NCBI GenBank assembly: GCA_009914755.4
Contig: CP068257.2
Coordinates: 15,520,001 to 15,584,000, forward strand
Origin: the human T2T-CHM13v2.0 reference genome, Homo sapiens
Direction of reading: 5' to 3'
Length of the DNA: 64,000 bases
Below the pieces are notes generated by a model, which saw only the letters and a list, made by a program, of their open reading frames with translations, made no database searches and was not told the DNA's origin. This document shows positions 19,365 to 29,730 of the stretch, one piece after another. Position numbers and translations under genes: made by a program. Position 1 is the first letter of the stretch. Each line of letters begins with the position of its first letter.

Positions 19365-20550
19365 ATGGAAATAGAATGGGGCACCTCTTGGGGTTACATC
19401 TTTCAGTCCTCAGGATGGCCACAATTGGAGGATGCCAAGCTTCATCTACTGGCTGCCAAACAATGGAAAGTTCTTAAAAGCCTTCACCAGGCCTTTCACC
19501 TGGGTAAAGATAAAACCTTTCAAATGGTTCAGAGATTGTTCTCAGGTAAAAACCTGACACAAATAGTTAAACAGGTTGTTAACGCTTGCAAGATTTGCCT
19601 TAAAAATCATCCCCTCAGCTGACCACTTCTGCACCCAGGAACTCAAAGGACAGCAGGCTGAGGGAAAACTAGCAAATGGATTTCACCCATATGTCAAAGG
19701 TAAGGGGCATCCAGTACCTTCTAGAATGAACAGATACCTTCACTAACTGGGTAGAGCCATTTCCATGTGGGACAAAGAAAGCCTCCAAGGTGGTAAAAGT
19801 ACTGATTAATGAGATAATTCCTTGCCCTGGCCTGCCTAAGCAACTTCAGAGAGATAATGGCCTCTCATTCAAGGCAGCTGTGACCCAGGGGGGTCACAAA
19901 GGCACTAGGAATACACTACCATCTTCATTGTGCTTGGAGACCACGATGCTCAGGAAAGATAGAAAAGACAAATGATATTATAAAAAAGGCACCTCAGAAA
20001 ACTATCTCCCTCAGACTAATCTTCCCTAGACTAACCTTCTCACCATAGCTCTACTACATATTTAAAACAGCCCTTTAAAGCTAGGTTTGAGTCCTTTTGA
20101 AATGATGTATGGACAGCCTTTTCTCACCAATGATTTCTTGCTAGACAAATAAATCTCTGATTTGCTAGACAAATAAATCTCTGATCTTTGGCCCATTTCC
20201 AACAGGAACTGGAGCAACTGTCAGAGGCCCAATCCCATGAATTTGGGCCACTTCTATTCAACCCAGGGGACCTAGTACTGATGAAGGTACTTCCTTCCCT
20301 TCCTCCCTCTATAAACCCAGATTGGAAGGGACTTTACGCTGTACTTGTTTCCACTCCTACAGCACTGAAAGTCACTGGAATATGTTCTTGGATTTATTAT
20401 ACCCAAGTAAAGGCCTGGAAAGCTCACAGAGTTACCTCCATCAACCCAGAAGACCACCGAAAGTACCAATGTGAAGAGATCAGAGATCTCAAGTTAATAA
20501 TTTTTAAAAAAGTGTTAATAATTAGCCTTTCAGGTATATTCTCTTTATAG
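19365..20550 (+). pseudogene. ERV pol integrase (HHCC zinc finger, DDE core and C-terminal domain) remnant.
   Basis: ORFs 19365-19622, 19790-19975 and 20188-20550, with the alignments listed above. Confidence 0.7.
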
Positions 20551-23500
20551 TCTTGCCTATGCTTGCTGTTGTTACCTTCGTTCTATTGTATACCACAGGT
20601 TAAAAATGGTGATTTCAGAATGATTAGTATATTTCACTTATTTCTGTAATCTTTGGCACAAAATTCTTTCCTTTTAACTCCTCTTTGTGTAATACACATA
20701 TTTGATCCACACATACTTAACTTTGTAAAACTTGTTTTTTCTTGCCTAGAGGCCATCAAACTCCAAGCTATCAAACAACCGGAGCCTCAGACAATGGTTC
20801 CCTTTTGCTGGGGACCTCTGGGAGGAATCTGACTGCTGTTCTGCCTAAAACAACACCCCCTGTCACCAAAAAGCCTGACACCATGACCCAAAGTGAGAAC
20901 TTATATCATTGTTTTCCTGCTCTAATGTTGCCTTTTCCAAAACCACTCATGTTCTGTCCCACCCCCATCCTGTACAGATAAAAATCCCAGGCTCAGCCAA
21001 CAAAAGAGGAGAAGCAGCTGGACGTCAGAGACTATGGTTGCATGTCGGAGAGAAGCAGCTTAACTTTAAAGAGAGAGCTTGATGGTGTCACTTCAGAGAG
21101 GAGTCTGGCCAGGGATGGTCAGACTTCAAGGGAGGATTGCCTTCCCACCCTGTCCCCTTTTCAACTCCCATCCCACTAAGAGTGACTTTCATCAGCAATA
21201 TAATCCCCTGCATTTACCATCTTCAATTCATTCATGCAACCTCATGTTTCCTGGATGCCAGAAAAGAGCTCAGAGCCACAAATGTGGTGCAAAAGGCTGT
21301 CACACTGACCCTCCATTGAGCTGTTAACACTTAAGCCATCCACAGATGGCAAAGCTAAAAGTCCACTGTAACAGTCATTCTGGGGCTTCAGGGGTTGTGA
21401 GCACCCTTCAAGATGGTGCCATGAGTTTTTCTCCTATTGGTGCCCAAAAGCACTCACCCTGGTTTCTGCACCCACTCACCTGCATACTCCCTCTTGTGAG
21501 GGGTTGAGAACTGTGGGATGAGTAAGTGAGGCACTCCTGTCATGAGGCCCATGAAGGGGTCAGAGAAATATCCTGCTTCAAAATTAATAACTCAACATCT
21601 TTTACAGTAGTTGCAAAAAAAAAAAAGAAAAAAGAAAAAAAAACTTAAGAATACATCTAACCAAAGAGGTGAAAGACCACTACAAGGAAAACTACAAAAC
21701 ACTGCTGAAAGAATTCATAGATGACACAAACAAATGGAAACATATCCCATGTTCATGGATGGGTAGAATCAATATTGTGAAAATGATCATACTGTCAAAA
21801 GCAATCTAGAAATTCAATGCAATTCTCATAAAAATACCATCATCATTCTTCACACAACTAGAAAAAGCAATCCTAAAATTCACATGGAACCAAAAAAGAG
21901 CTCACATACTCAAAGTAAGAGTAAGCAAAAAGAACAAGTCCGGAGGCATCACATTACATGACTTCAAACTATAATGTAATGCCATAGTCACCAAAACAGC
22001 AAGGTACTGGTATAAAAGTAGGCACAAAGACCAATGGAACAGGATAGAGAGGACAGAAATAAAGCAAAATACATATAGCCAACCAATCTTTGACAAAGCA
22101 AACAAAAACATAAAGTGGGGAAAGGACACCCTATTCAACAAATGGTGCTGGGATAATTGGCAAGCCACATGTAGAGAATGAAACTGGATCCTCATCTCTC
22201 ATCTTATGCAAAATCAACTCAAGATGGATCAAACACTTAAATCTAAGACCTCAAACCATAAAGATTCTAGAAGATAACATTGGAAGAACCCTTCTATACA
22301 TTGGCTTAGGCAAAGACTTCCTGACTTAGAACACAAAAGCAAATGCAACAAAAACAAAGATAAATAGAAGGAGCTTAAACTAAAAATCTTCTTCACAGCA
22401 AAAGAAATAATCCTCAGAGTAAACAGACAACCCACAGAGTGGGAAAAATTCTTTGCAAACTGTGCATCTGACAAAGAACTAATTCCAGAATCTACAAAGA
22501 ACTCAAACGAATCAGAAAGAAAAAAAACAAACAATCCCATCAAAAAGTGGGCAATTGACATGAATAGATAATTCTCAATTTTGGCCATATACAATGGTCA
22601 TATACATATAAAAAATGCTCAACATCACTAATTTTCAGGAAAATGCAAATCAAAACCACATTGCCATACCATACCACCTTACTCCTACAAGAATGGCCAT
22701 AATTTAAAATTCAAAAATTGTAAATTTTGGTATAGATGTGGTGAAAAGCAAACACTTTTACACTGCTGTTGGGAATGTAAACTAGCACAACCACTATGGA
22801 ATACAGTATGGAAAGCCCCTGAAGAACTAAAAATAGATCTACCACTTGATACAGCAATTCTACTACTGGGTATCTACTCAGAGGAAAAGAAGTCATGATA
22901 TCAACAAGACACTTGCACACACCTGTTTGTGACAGCACATTCACAATTGCAAAAATATGGAACCAGCCCAAATGCCCATCGATCAACAAGTGGTAAAGAA
23001 AATGTGGTATGTATATATCATGGAATACTACTCAGTCATATAATGGAATAAAATAATGGCATTTGCAGCAACCTGGATATAGTTGGAGACCATTATTCTA
23101 AGTGAATTAACTCAGGAATGGAAAACTAAACATCATATGTTCTCACTTGTATGTGGGAGCTAAGCTATGAGGATGCAAAGGCATATGAAAGATACAATGG
23201 ACTTTGGGGACTCAGGAAGGGAGAGGGGGTGAGGGATAAAAGACTACACCTTGGGTGCAGTGTACACTGCTTGGATGATGAGTGCACCAAAATCTCAGAA
23301 ATCACCACTAAAGAACTTGTTTACATAACCAGACACCACCTGTTCCCCAAAAACCTATTTGAAATAAAAATAATACTTGAAATAAACTTAAAAAGGAATA
23401 AATGGAAGGGCATTAATGTATGGATTGGAAGACTTAGTACTGTTGCAATAGCAATACTCCCCAAATTGATCTATAGATTCAATGCAATTCTTATGAAAGT

Positions 23501-24910
23501 GTCAGCTGCCTTTTTTAGAAATTGGCAAAAAGATCTTAAGATTCACATGGATGCAAGGGACCCAGAATAGCTAAAACAATCTCTAAAAGGAAGGACAAAG
23601 TTGGAGGACTCCCATTTCCAATTTCCAAACTTAATACAAAGTGCCCATAATCAATATAGTATGGTACTTGCATAAGGACAGACATACAGGTCAATGGAAT
23701 GAAATTTTGAATCCAAAAATGCACCCTTCTATTTATGGTGAATTGATTTTCACAAGGGTACCAAAGAAGTTCAATGAGCAAAAATACATCTTTAAAAAAA
23801 GACACTAAGACAACTGGATATAATGCACAAGAATGAAATTGGGCTCCTATCTCACACAATATATAAGCATTAATTTTTTTAAGAAGAGCAGAGTATGAAG
23901 TATGAGAGTTAAAACTATAAAACTCTTAGAAGTCAACATAGTAGTAAATCTTTGTGACCTTGAATTAGGCAATGATTTTCTAGTTATGAAACCAAAAGCA
24001 ATAATAAACAGATAAAATTACACTTTATCAAAGTATTTTTGCATTTCAAAGGAAAACATGAAGAAAGTGAAAAAACCCACAGAATGGGAGCATTATTTGC
24101 AAATTGTATATCTGATAGGAGATTTGTATCCAGAATATTTAAAGAATTCTTGTAACTCAACAACAAAAAGACAAATAACCCAATTTAAAAATAGACAAAG
24201 AATTTCAATAGCTATTTCTGCAATATACAAGTGGTCAATAAGCACATGAAAAGATACTTAACATCATTAATCATTAGGGAAATGCAAATTAAAACAACAA
24301 TGAGATACAAATTTGCACATACTAAGATGGTTATAATCAAAAGGACAGACAGTGACAAGCATTAGTGAGGATAATTGAAACCTTCATACAATGCTGGTGG
24401 AAATTTTAAATTATGCAGCCACTTTTGAAAACAATGTGTCAGCTCCTTAAAAAAAGTTAAACACAAAGTTACCATTTGATCAAGCAGTTTCACTCCTAAG
24501 TATATAATCAAGAGAATTAAAAGCACATGTCTACACAAAATCTTGCAGAGAAATGTCATAGCAGCATTATTCATAATAGACCACAAGTGGAAACAATCCA
24601 AATGTCCATCAACTGATGAATGGATAAATAAAATGTGTCAGATCCATACAATGAAATATTATTCAGCAATGAAAAGAAATGAAATGTAATACATGTTATA
24701 ACATGGATGACCTTTAAAACATTATGCTAAGTAAAAGAGGCCAGAAACAAAAAGGCCACATATTGTATGAATCCTTTTATATACAAGGTAGAGTAGGTAA
24801 ATCCATAAAGACAAAAAGTCATTCAGTGGTTGCCAGGACCTAGGAGGTATGGGAGAATGGAGAGAATTGCTAAAGGGCATGAGCTTTCCTTTGGGATGAT
24901 AAAAATATTC

Positions 24911-25651
24911 TTTTAAAAAAACTGTATGAGGTACAAGTTCAATTTTATTACATGCATAAATTATGTTGTGGTGAAGTCAAGGCTTTCAGGGTATTCATCA
25001 CCCAAATAATGTACATTGTATCCATTAGGTAATTTCTCATCATCCACCCTTCTCTTACCCTTTCACCCTTCCAAGGCACCATTGTCTATCATCCCCCACT
25101 CTACGTCCATGTATACACATTATTTAACTCCCACTTATAAGTGAGAACATGCAATATTTGTCTTTCTATATCTGACTTGTTTCACTTAAGGAAATGACCT
25201 CCAGTCCTATCCATGTTGCTGCAAATGACGTAATTTTTTTAATGGATGAGTAGTATTCCATTGTGTATATATACCACATTTTTTATCCAATCATCTGTTG
25301 ATAGACACATAGATTGATTCCATATCTTTGCTATTGTGAATAGTGCCACAATAAACATACAAGTGCAAGTATCTTTTTGATATCATTACTTATTTTCTCT
25401 TGAGTATATACCCAGTATTGCAATTGCTGAATCCAATGGTAGCTTTGTATTTAGTTCTTTGAGAAATCTTCATACTGTTTTCTATAGAGGTTGAACTAAT
25501 TTATATTCCCACCAACAACATATAAGAGTTCCCTTATCTCCACATACTCACCAACATCTATTATTTTTTGACTTTTTAATAGTAACCATTCTGACTAGAA
25601 TAAGATGATATCTTGTTGTAGCTATAATTTGATTTCTTGCTAATTAGCGAA
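24911..25651 (-). mobile_element. 5'-truncated L1 3'-end fragment (older L1PA/L1PB-type), minus orientation, inserted in the L1M 3'UTR with a perfect 18 bp TSD.
   Basis: Reverse complement of the L1 3' end: 'ggtacaagttcaattttattacatgcataaattatgttgtggtgaagtcaaggctttcagggtattcatcacccaaataatgtacattgtatccattaggtaatttctcatcatccaccc...cttataagtgagaacatgcaatatttgtctttc...ccatgttgctgcaaatgacg...ccattgtgtatatataccacattttttatccaatcatctgttgatagacacat...'. The TSD 'gggatgataaaaatattc' is at 24893-24910 and again at 25652-25669. Confidence 0.8.
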
Positions 25652-28600
25652 GGGATGATAAAAATATTCTAAAATTAGATACTGATGATGCTTGCACAAC
25701 CCTGTGAATATACACTGCAAAAGGGTGAATTTTATGTGTGAATTATATCTCAATAAAATATAAAACAATATTTTAATTAATAAATAAAATACATCTGTTT
25801 ACCCCCCCCAAAAAAAAACCCAGATCAATGGCTAGAAGGCAAAGAAGCTAGAAAATACACTATTCCTATTCTAAAGCTGATAATCATTTTACCATGTTGT
25901 AGATATCTCTAAGTAAGAAGTTGACAAAGATCAACAAAAAGATGTGTTCCATTCCAAAAATTTCTCGATTCTATGATTCAGCGCAGAAAGATTGTGCAAG
26001 TTTATACTTTAGTAATACAGAACAAAGTGAGTACTGGTGATAGCAGCAGAAGGCAGACACATTTCTAGGCAGACAGGGGTGAGTCCCCAGTAAAACTAGA
26101 CCTTCAAACCAAGCACAGCTTAAAGCCTGAAAACTGAGTTACCAGCGTCCACAACCAGAGTGAGAACTTCCTCAGTGCCTTTTAGCCAATTTAATGGTGC
26201 TTTGTCCAGGCCCACTTATGGACCAATCAGCACACACTCCCCCATTCTGATCCCATAAAAACCCTGGACTCAGCCACATATTGGGACTACATGCTTTCAG
26301 GTAGGGGCTACCCACTTCAGGTCCCCTCTTGTGTCAAGAGCTGTTCTGTTGTTCTCTTCTCTGCCTTGCTTATTCTCCAGTTGTCCATGTAACCTCATTC
26401 TTCTTGGACATGGGACAAGAACCCAGTACCCACCAAATGGCAGGTGCAAAAAATGCTGTAACACTGTAGCCCTCCAACCCTCTGCTGGCACCAGGCTGTT
26501 GCTCCATGTAACAGGAAGCAGTGGCAATGGGGCCAGGCCAGCCAAGAAGCTATGAGCTGGAATGTGGGCAGCAGGACTGAACAAGCTGTAAAACAAATGA
26601 GCTGAAACTTGCTGCCCTCCCACCCCCATTCACTGTGCTGCAGGCAGTGGAAAGAAGAGAGAGATGTATCACTCCTTGAGGGCTCAGACCTCAGGACTCC
26701 CCAAGCAACTGTAACACCCCTTGGGCTCCACAGTTGCTGGCATCTCTGAGTTTTCAGAAGCCACTGCAGCCTCCTTGTCCAGACACTGGCACCCAAGCAG
26801 AAATGATTCAAGACAGCACACCCGGACCAGTCATGGACTGAGCACAGAGTTGGCAGGCACTGGATCCAGGTCCATAGCACAAGCTGAGTGCAATCACTGG
26901 GCTGAGTGAGAGGAGTAAGCCTAGCAGAAAACCCAGTGCCAAGCAAAGCCTGAGCAAAGGCACCACTAGCCACAGAGCTTTCCTGCTGGCAAAGGAGCAC
27001 CAAAAGAATCCTGTGTCATTTCTGGGGGTCATCTGAGATCTGCAAAAGGGTAAGTAAAAGTGGACCTCTTTCACTTTCATTTCGAGGCTTCTTGTCCTCA
27101 GTTTTTTTTTCTGAAAACAGATAAAGCGCTAGGCCTGTAGCAGCCAGTTAAGAACAAATGGCATGGCTGCAGAGGATAGATTTGTTGGGGAGGACTTTCA
27201 CAACGCACCCTCTTGTCCCCATCACCCCCAGGTATCGAGAATATTGGCTTTGTTCCAATCCAGTCTCCCTTCACAGAAGTCTAGTTATCATGTGGGATCA
27301 AAATAAGGTCCTGGGGCAACTGAAAGTATCTGGCCAAGGGTACATCTCTGCATTACCTGAAGCTTCCTGGGCCAGCCCTCAATCCCTGACAGCCCATTCG
27401 GGTGTCAGCCAAGACCTTCAATCTTTCTTATGGCATTTTTTTTTCCTTTGCAGAGGTCATAGCTCCTATCTCTTCTTTATATACAATGCTAAGGGTGTTG
27501 TTGCAAACCACAGAGATAATATGACTGGGTAGAATGAGCATTTGGCTCAGTCATCAGGAGTATAATTCAGAACAATGTGGTATGTGTCCATTCTTAGAAA
27601 CTAAGAGGATGTAACAATTGAGAGTTTTCTGTCCCCTGTTAAGGGAATCAATTTGCATAGGGCAAGAGCCTATTTCCCCCCAGCCACCTTCCCCTTCCCT
27701 GCATTTAAGGGTTCCTCCCACTGCCCCCCGCACCTTGTCAGGAGTCAACAGCTTCACCTTAGCATTGTGCTTATGATAGAGAAGCAACCGAGGAGCTGCC
27801 CTACTGGTTGTTGGCTGCAATTTGCTGAGGACCACCTGGGACTAGTTTAATGGGTCTGTGTACACTCCTGAGGCACCTTTTTGTCCCAAATTCAATTCCA
27901 AGCTTCAGGTTGAAGGCCTAAAGAGGGAAAATTAGATCTGAGGGACCCAGAGGCAGTCAGAGTGGAAGGCTAGGGCACAGCCCGAGTGAGCATGACTATC
28001 CTTGCTAATTAGGCCTTCCCACTTCACTGGGAAGAACTATCATCATGACTTTGATGTGAAATCAGAATTAAGAACTAATTCTCTGAACTTACAGTGTGAA
28101 GATTACATCTGCAGAGCAGACACGCAAGTGGTTCTCAGGAACCATTCAGTTTTTAAAATACAATTTCTGGCAGTATGTAAGATTGGTCATTACAAACCCT
28201 GCTCCTCTCTCCCTACCTTAATAACCAGGACCCCACTTTTCAACATTCTGAATATCACCAGTCTTAGGGAACCAAGTCCTCCACTCCATCAAACACTTCT
28301 AGAAACTGCTTCGTAAAAGTATCACTTGTGAATCCAGAAGAACTGACTGACAGAGCAGGAGCATCATCATCTTGGACAAGTCCCTCATTCTAAAGTTCAC
28401 CTTAATAAAAACCACCTAAATCCAAAGGGTATCAGCCTAATGGCTAAGGTCAGCATGACCATAAACCACAAATAACATCTCCAACCAGAAACATTCCAAA
28501 CTCCTCCACAACCAGGGACATGCTAGCCCCGAGATAAACACCACTCCAGGCCAGAAGGATGTCTGCCCCAAGATAACCTCCCCTCCTCGCAAAGAGATTC

Positions 28601-28759
28601 CAACCCTGTCATAAACTTCCCCAACACATAAATATTCCAAGTTGTAATAAGCCCCCCCTCCCTAAGACCAATATATACTCTTAGTCTGTAAGAGAAAACT
28701 CTCCTGACTGATATCAGCCAGGAGTGCCTCTCAGGTTTTAACTAAAGAAAACCTGTCTT

Positions 28760-29011
28760 AGTGTTCTCATTGCTCAATTCCCACCTATGAGTGAGAACAT
28801 GCGGTGGTTGGTTTTCTGTCCTTGTGATAGTTTGCTCAGAATGATGGTTTCCAGCTTCTTCCACATCCTTACAAAGTAAATGAACTCATCCTTTTTTATG
28901 GCTGCATAGTATTCCATGGTGTATATGTGCCACATTTTCTTAATCCAGTCTATCATTGATGGACACTTGGGTTGGTTCCAAGTCTTTGCTATTGTGAATA
29001 GTGCCAAAATA
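28760..29011 (-). mobile_element. L1PA segment in minus orientation: the inverted 5' portion of a twin-primed L1 insertion, covering the ORF2 C-terminal approximately 250 nt.
   Basis: 'gtgttctcattgctcaattcccacctatgagtgagaacatgcggtg...' is the reverse complement of the L1 ORF2 end. Minus ORF 28774-29175 reads ...FILALFTIAKTWNQPKCPSMIDWIKKMWHIYTMEYYAAIKKDEF...KLETIILSKLSQGQKTNHRMFSLIGGN. Confidence 0.85.
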
Positions 29012-29214
29012 AAGGACATAGGATGGGGAACATCACACACCGGGACTGTCGTAGGGTCGGGGGAGGCGGGAGGGATAGCATTAGGAGATATACCTAATGT
29101 AAATGATGAGTTAATGGGTGCATCACACCAACATGGCACATGTATACATATGTAACAAACCTGCGTGTTGTGCATACGTACCCTAGAACTTAAAGTATAA
29201 TTTAAAAAAAGGAA
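29012..29214 (+). mobile_element. L1PA 3'UTR plus poly-A in plus orientation: the direct 3' portion of the same twin-primed insertion. Its start in L1 coordinates is about 3 nt past the end of the inverted portion. TSD 'aaagaaaacctgtctt' at 28744-28759 and 29215-29230.
   Basis: 'ggacataggatggggaacatcacacaccgggactgtcgtagggtcgggggaggcgggagggatagcattaggagatatacctaatgtaaatgatgagttaatgggtgcatcacaccaacatggcacatgtatacatatgtaacaaacctgcgtgttgtgcatacgtaccctagaacttaaagtataatttaaaaaaa'. Confidence 0.85.
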
Positions 29215-29589
29215 AAAGAAAACCTGTCTTTAACTGCCAGCCACATTTCATGTTTCTTTCCTCTTTCTTTAACTCTTAAACTGACTATGTTCAATAATAA
29301 AGTCAATAAACAGGTCAAATAATATAAACATCCAGTTGATGTTTTCTGAATGTTAAATTTGTAAGACAAAGAGTTCTACAATTCTATGGAACAGGGATAT
29401 GAAAGATAGTGGGAAGTAGGGAGAACATCAAAGATTCAAATGTTCATAGGTCTGTAGGTCTTTGTCAGATATTTATGACATGTTCTCAGGACACTGAACA
29501 AGAGCCAGTGTTTGAGTTCTTAGAATAAAGCAAATCCAAAAACATTAGTTTTCAGAGCTTGAATAGACCTTAGAGATCACCAAACCAAA

Positions 29590-29730
29590 CTCCTTATTTT
29601 ATGAACTAGAAAACTGCAGTGCTAAGAAAAACAAAACCAGATATGATTAGCTTATACAGTTAGTTGGAGATATGGGATTTGAATGCAGGTTTCTTGATTC
29701 ATGGACCAGTCATTCTTTGGCAGTTTTAGT
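29590..29730 (+). mobile_element. Possible MIR-like ancient SINE fragment. Weak.
   Basis: 'ttttatgaactagaaaactgcagtgctaagaaa...ggagatatgggatttgaatgcaggtttcttgattcatggaccagtcattc' loosely resembles the MIR core 'ttttacagatgaggaaactgaggc...gggatttgaacccagg'. Confidence 0.3.

Larger units (their letters stand above)
16230..21580 (+). mobile_element. Class I (gammaretrovirus-like) endogenous retrovirus internal fragment: the gag C-terminus with two CCHC knuckles, protease, RT, RNase H, integrase and about 1 kb of non-coding 3' sequence. No recognisable 5' LTR. It is inserted in L1 ORF2 in the same orientation.
   Basis: Translations (with frameshifts): gag ...LKVTTSIFYNRDRETQERERRHRKEAE...; NC knuckles CYRCGKPGNFRKNS and CPICKGDHWKVDC at 16848-16960; protease-like DLLFTHAFLIIPESTNSSVG; RT LQGLLKPWNSPLNTPIF...VPNPHSLL...[13 protein letters not shown]...FAFEDP...LPQGFRDSPH...VLQYVDDILL (YVDD at about 17965-17979); RNase H ALTRALKLSKGKAVNIYADSKYPFLDLHAHAAIWKERNFLTANGSPIKYQQEI; integrase HQAFHLGKDKTF...CKICLKNHP, DFTHMSKV...NWVEPFPCGTKKASKVVKVLINEIIPCPGLPKQLQRDNGLSFKAAV...LHCAWRP, and a C-terminus [35 protein letters not shown] resembling the MLV integrase C-terminus [32 protein letters not shown]. 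Confidence 0.8.
12409..23387 (+). mobile_element. Near full-length older-primate L1 (L1PB-like or old L1PA). It has a 5'UTR, an ORF1 lacking its N-terminal half, ORF2 and a 3'UTR. It sits inside the L1M and is itself split by an ERV fragment at 16230-21580.
   Basis: The 5'UTR starts 'ggaagacaggaggcaggactcacttgtagctcccactcagattaacagaaccacatgtggagactcacattatgaactt', which is homologous to the 5'UTR of the second element at 51688. About 1 kb (the 3' part of the 5'UTR plus the ORF1 N-terminus) is deleted at about 13240 relative to the 51688 copy. ORF2 starts at about 13990 (...NINGLIAQLKRYRMAEWIKIHQARFCCLQETHL...). L1 codons run up to 'gagaatcaa' at 16229 and resume 'aattaataactcaacatcttttacagtagttgcaaaaaa' at 21581. 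The ORF2 C-terminus and a 3'UTR matching 56900-57400 end in 'aaataaaaataatacttgaaataaa'. Confidence 0.8.

Noticed and set aside
21600-21645. A-rich run 'gcaaaaaaaaaaaagaaaaaagaaaaaaaaa' right after the ERV fragment, considered as a poly-A tail that would mark the ERV as a retroposed transcript.
   Set aside because: The flanking bases ('ctcaacatcttttacagtagttgcaaaa...cttaagaatacatctaaccaaagaggtgaaag') align to the L1's own ORF2 sequence ('ctcaacccctttcacaacagctgcaaaaaat...taggaatatacctaaccaaggaggtgaaag' at 55575-55635). The A-run is therefore an expanded internal L1 A-stretch, not an ERV tail.
26395-27003. 202-codon minus-strand ORF in non-L1 sequence.
   Set aside because: Low-complexity Cys/Trp/Leu/Gln-rich translation with no recognisable domain. 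It lies in a region with LTR-like signatures and its GC-richer composition gives long open frames by chance.
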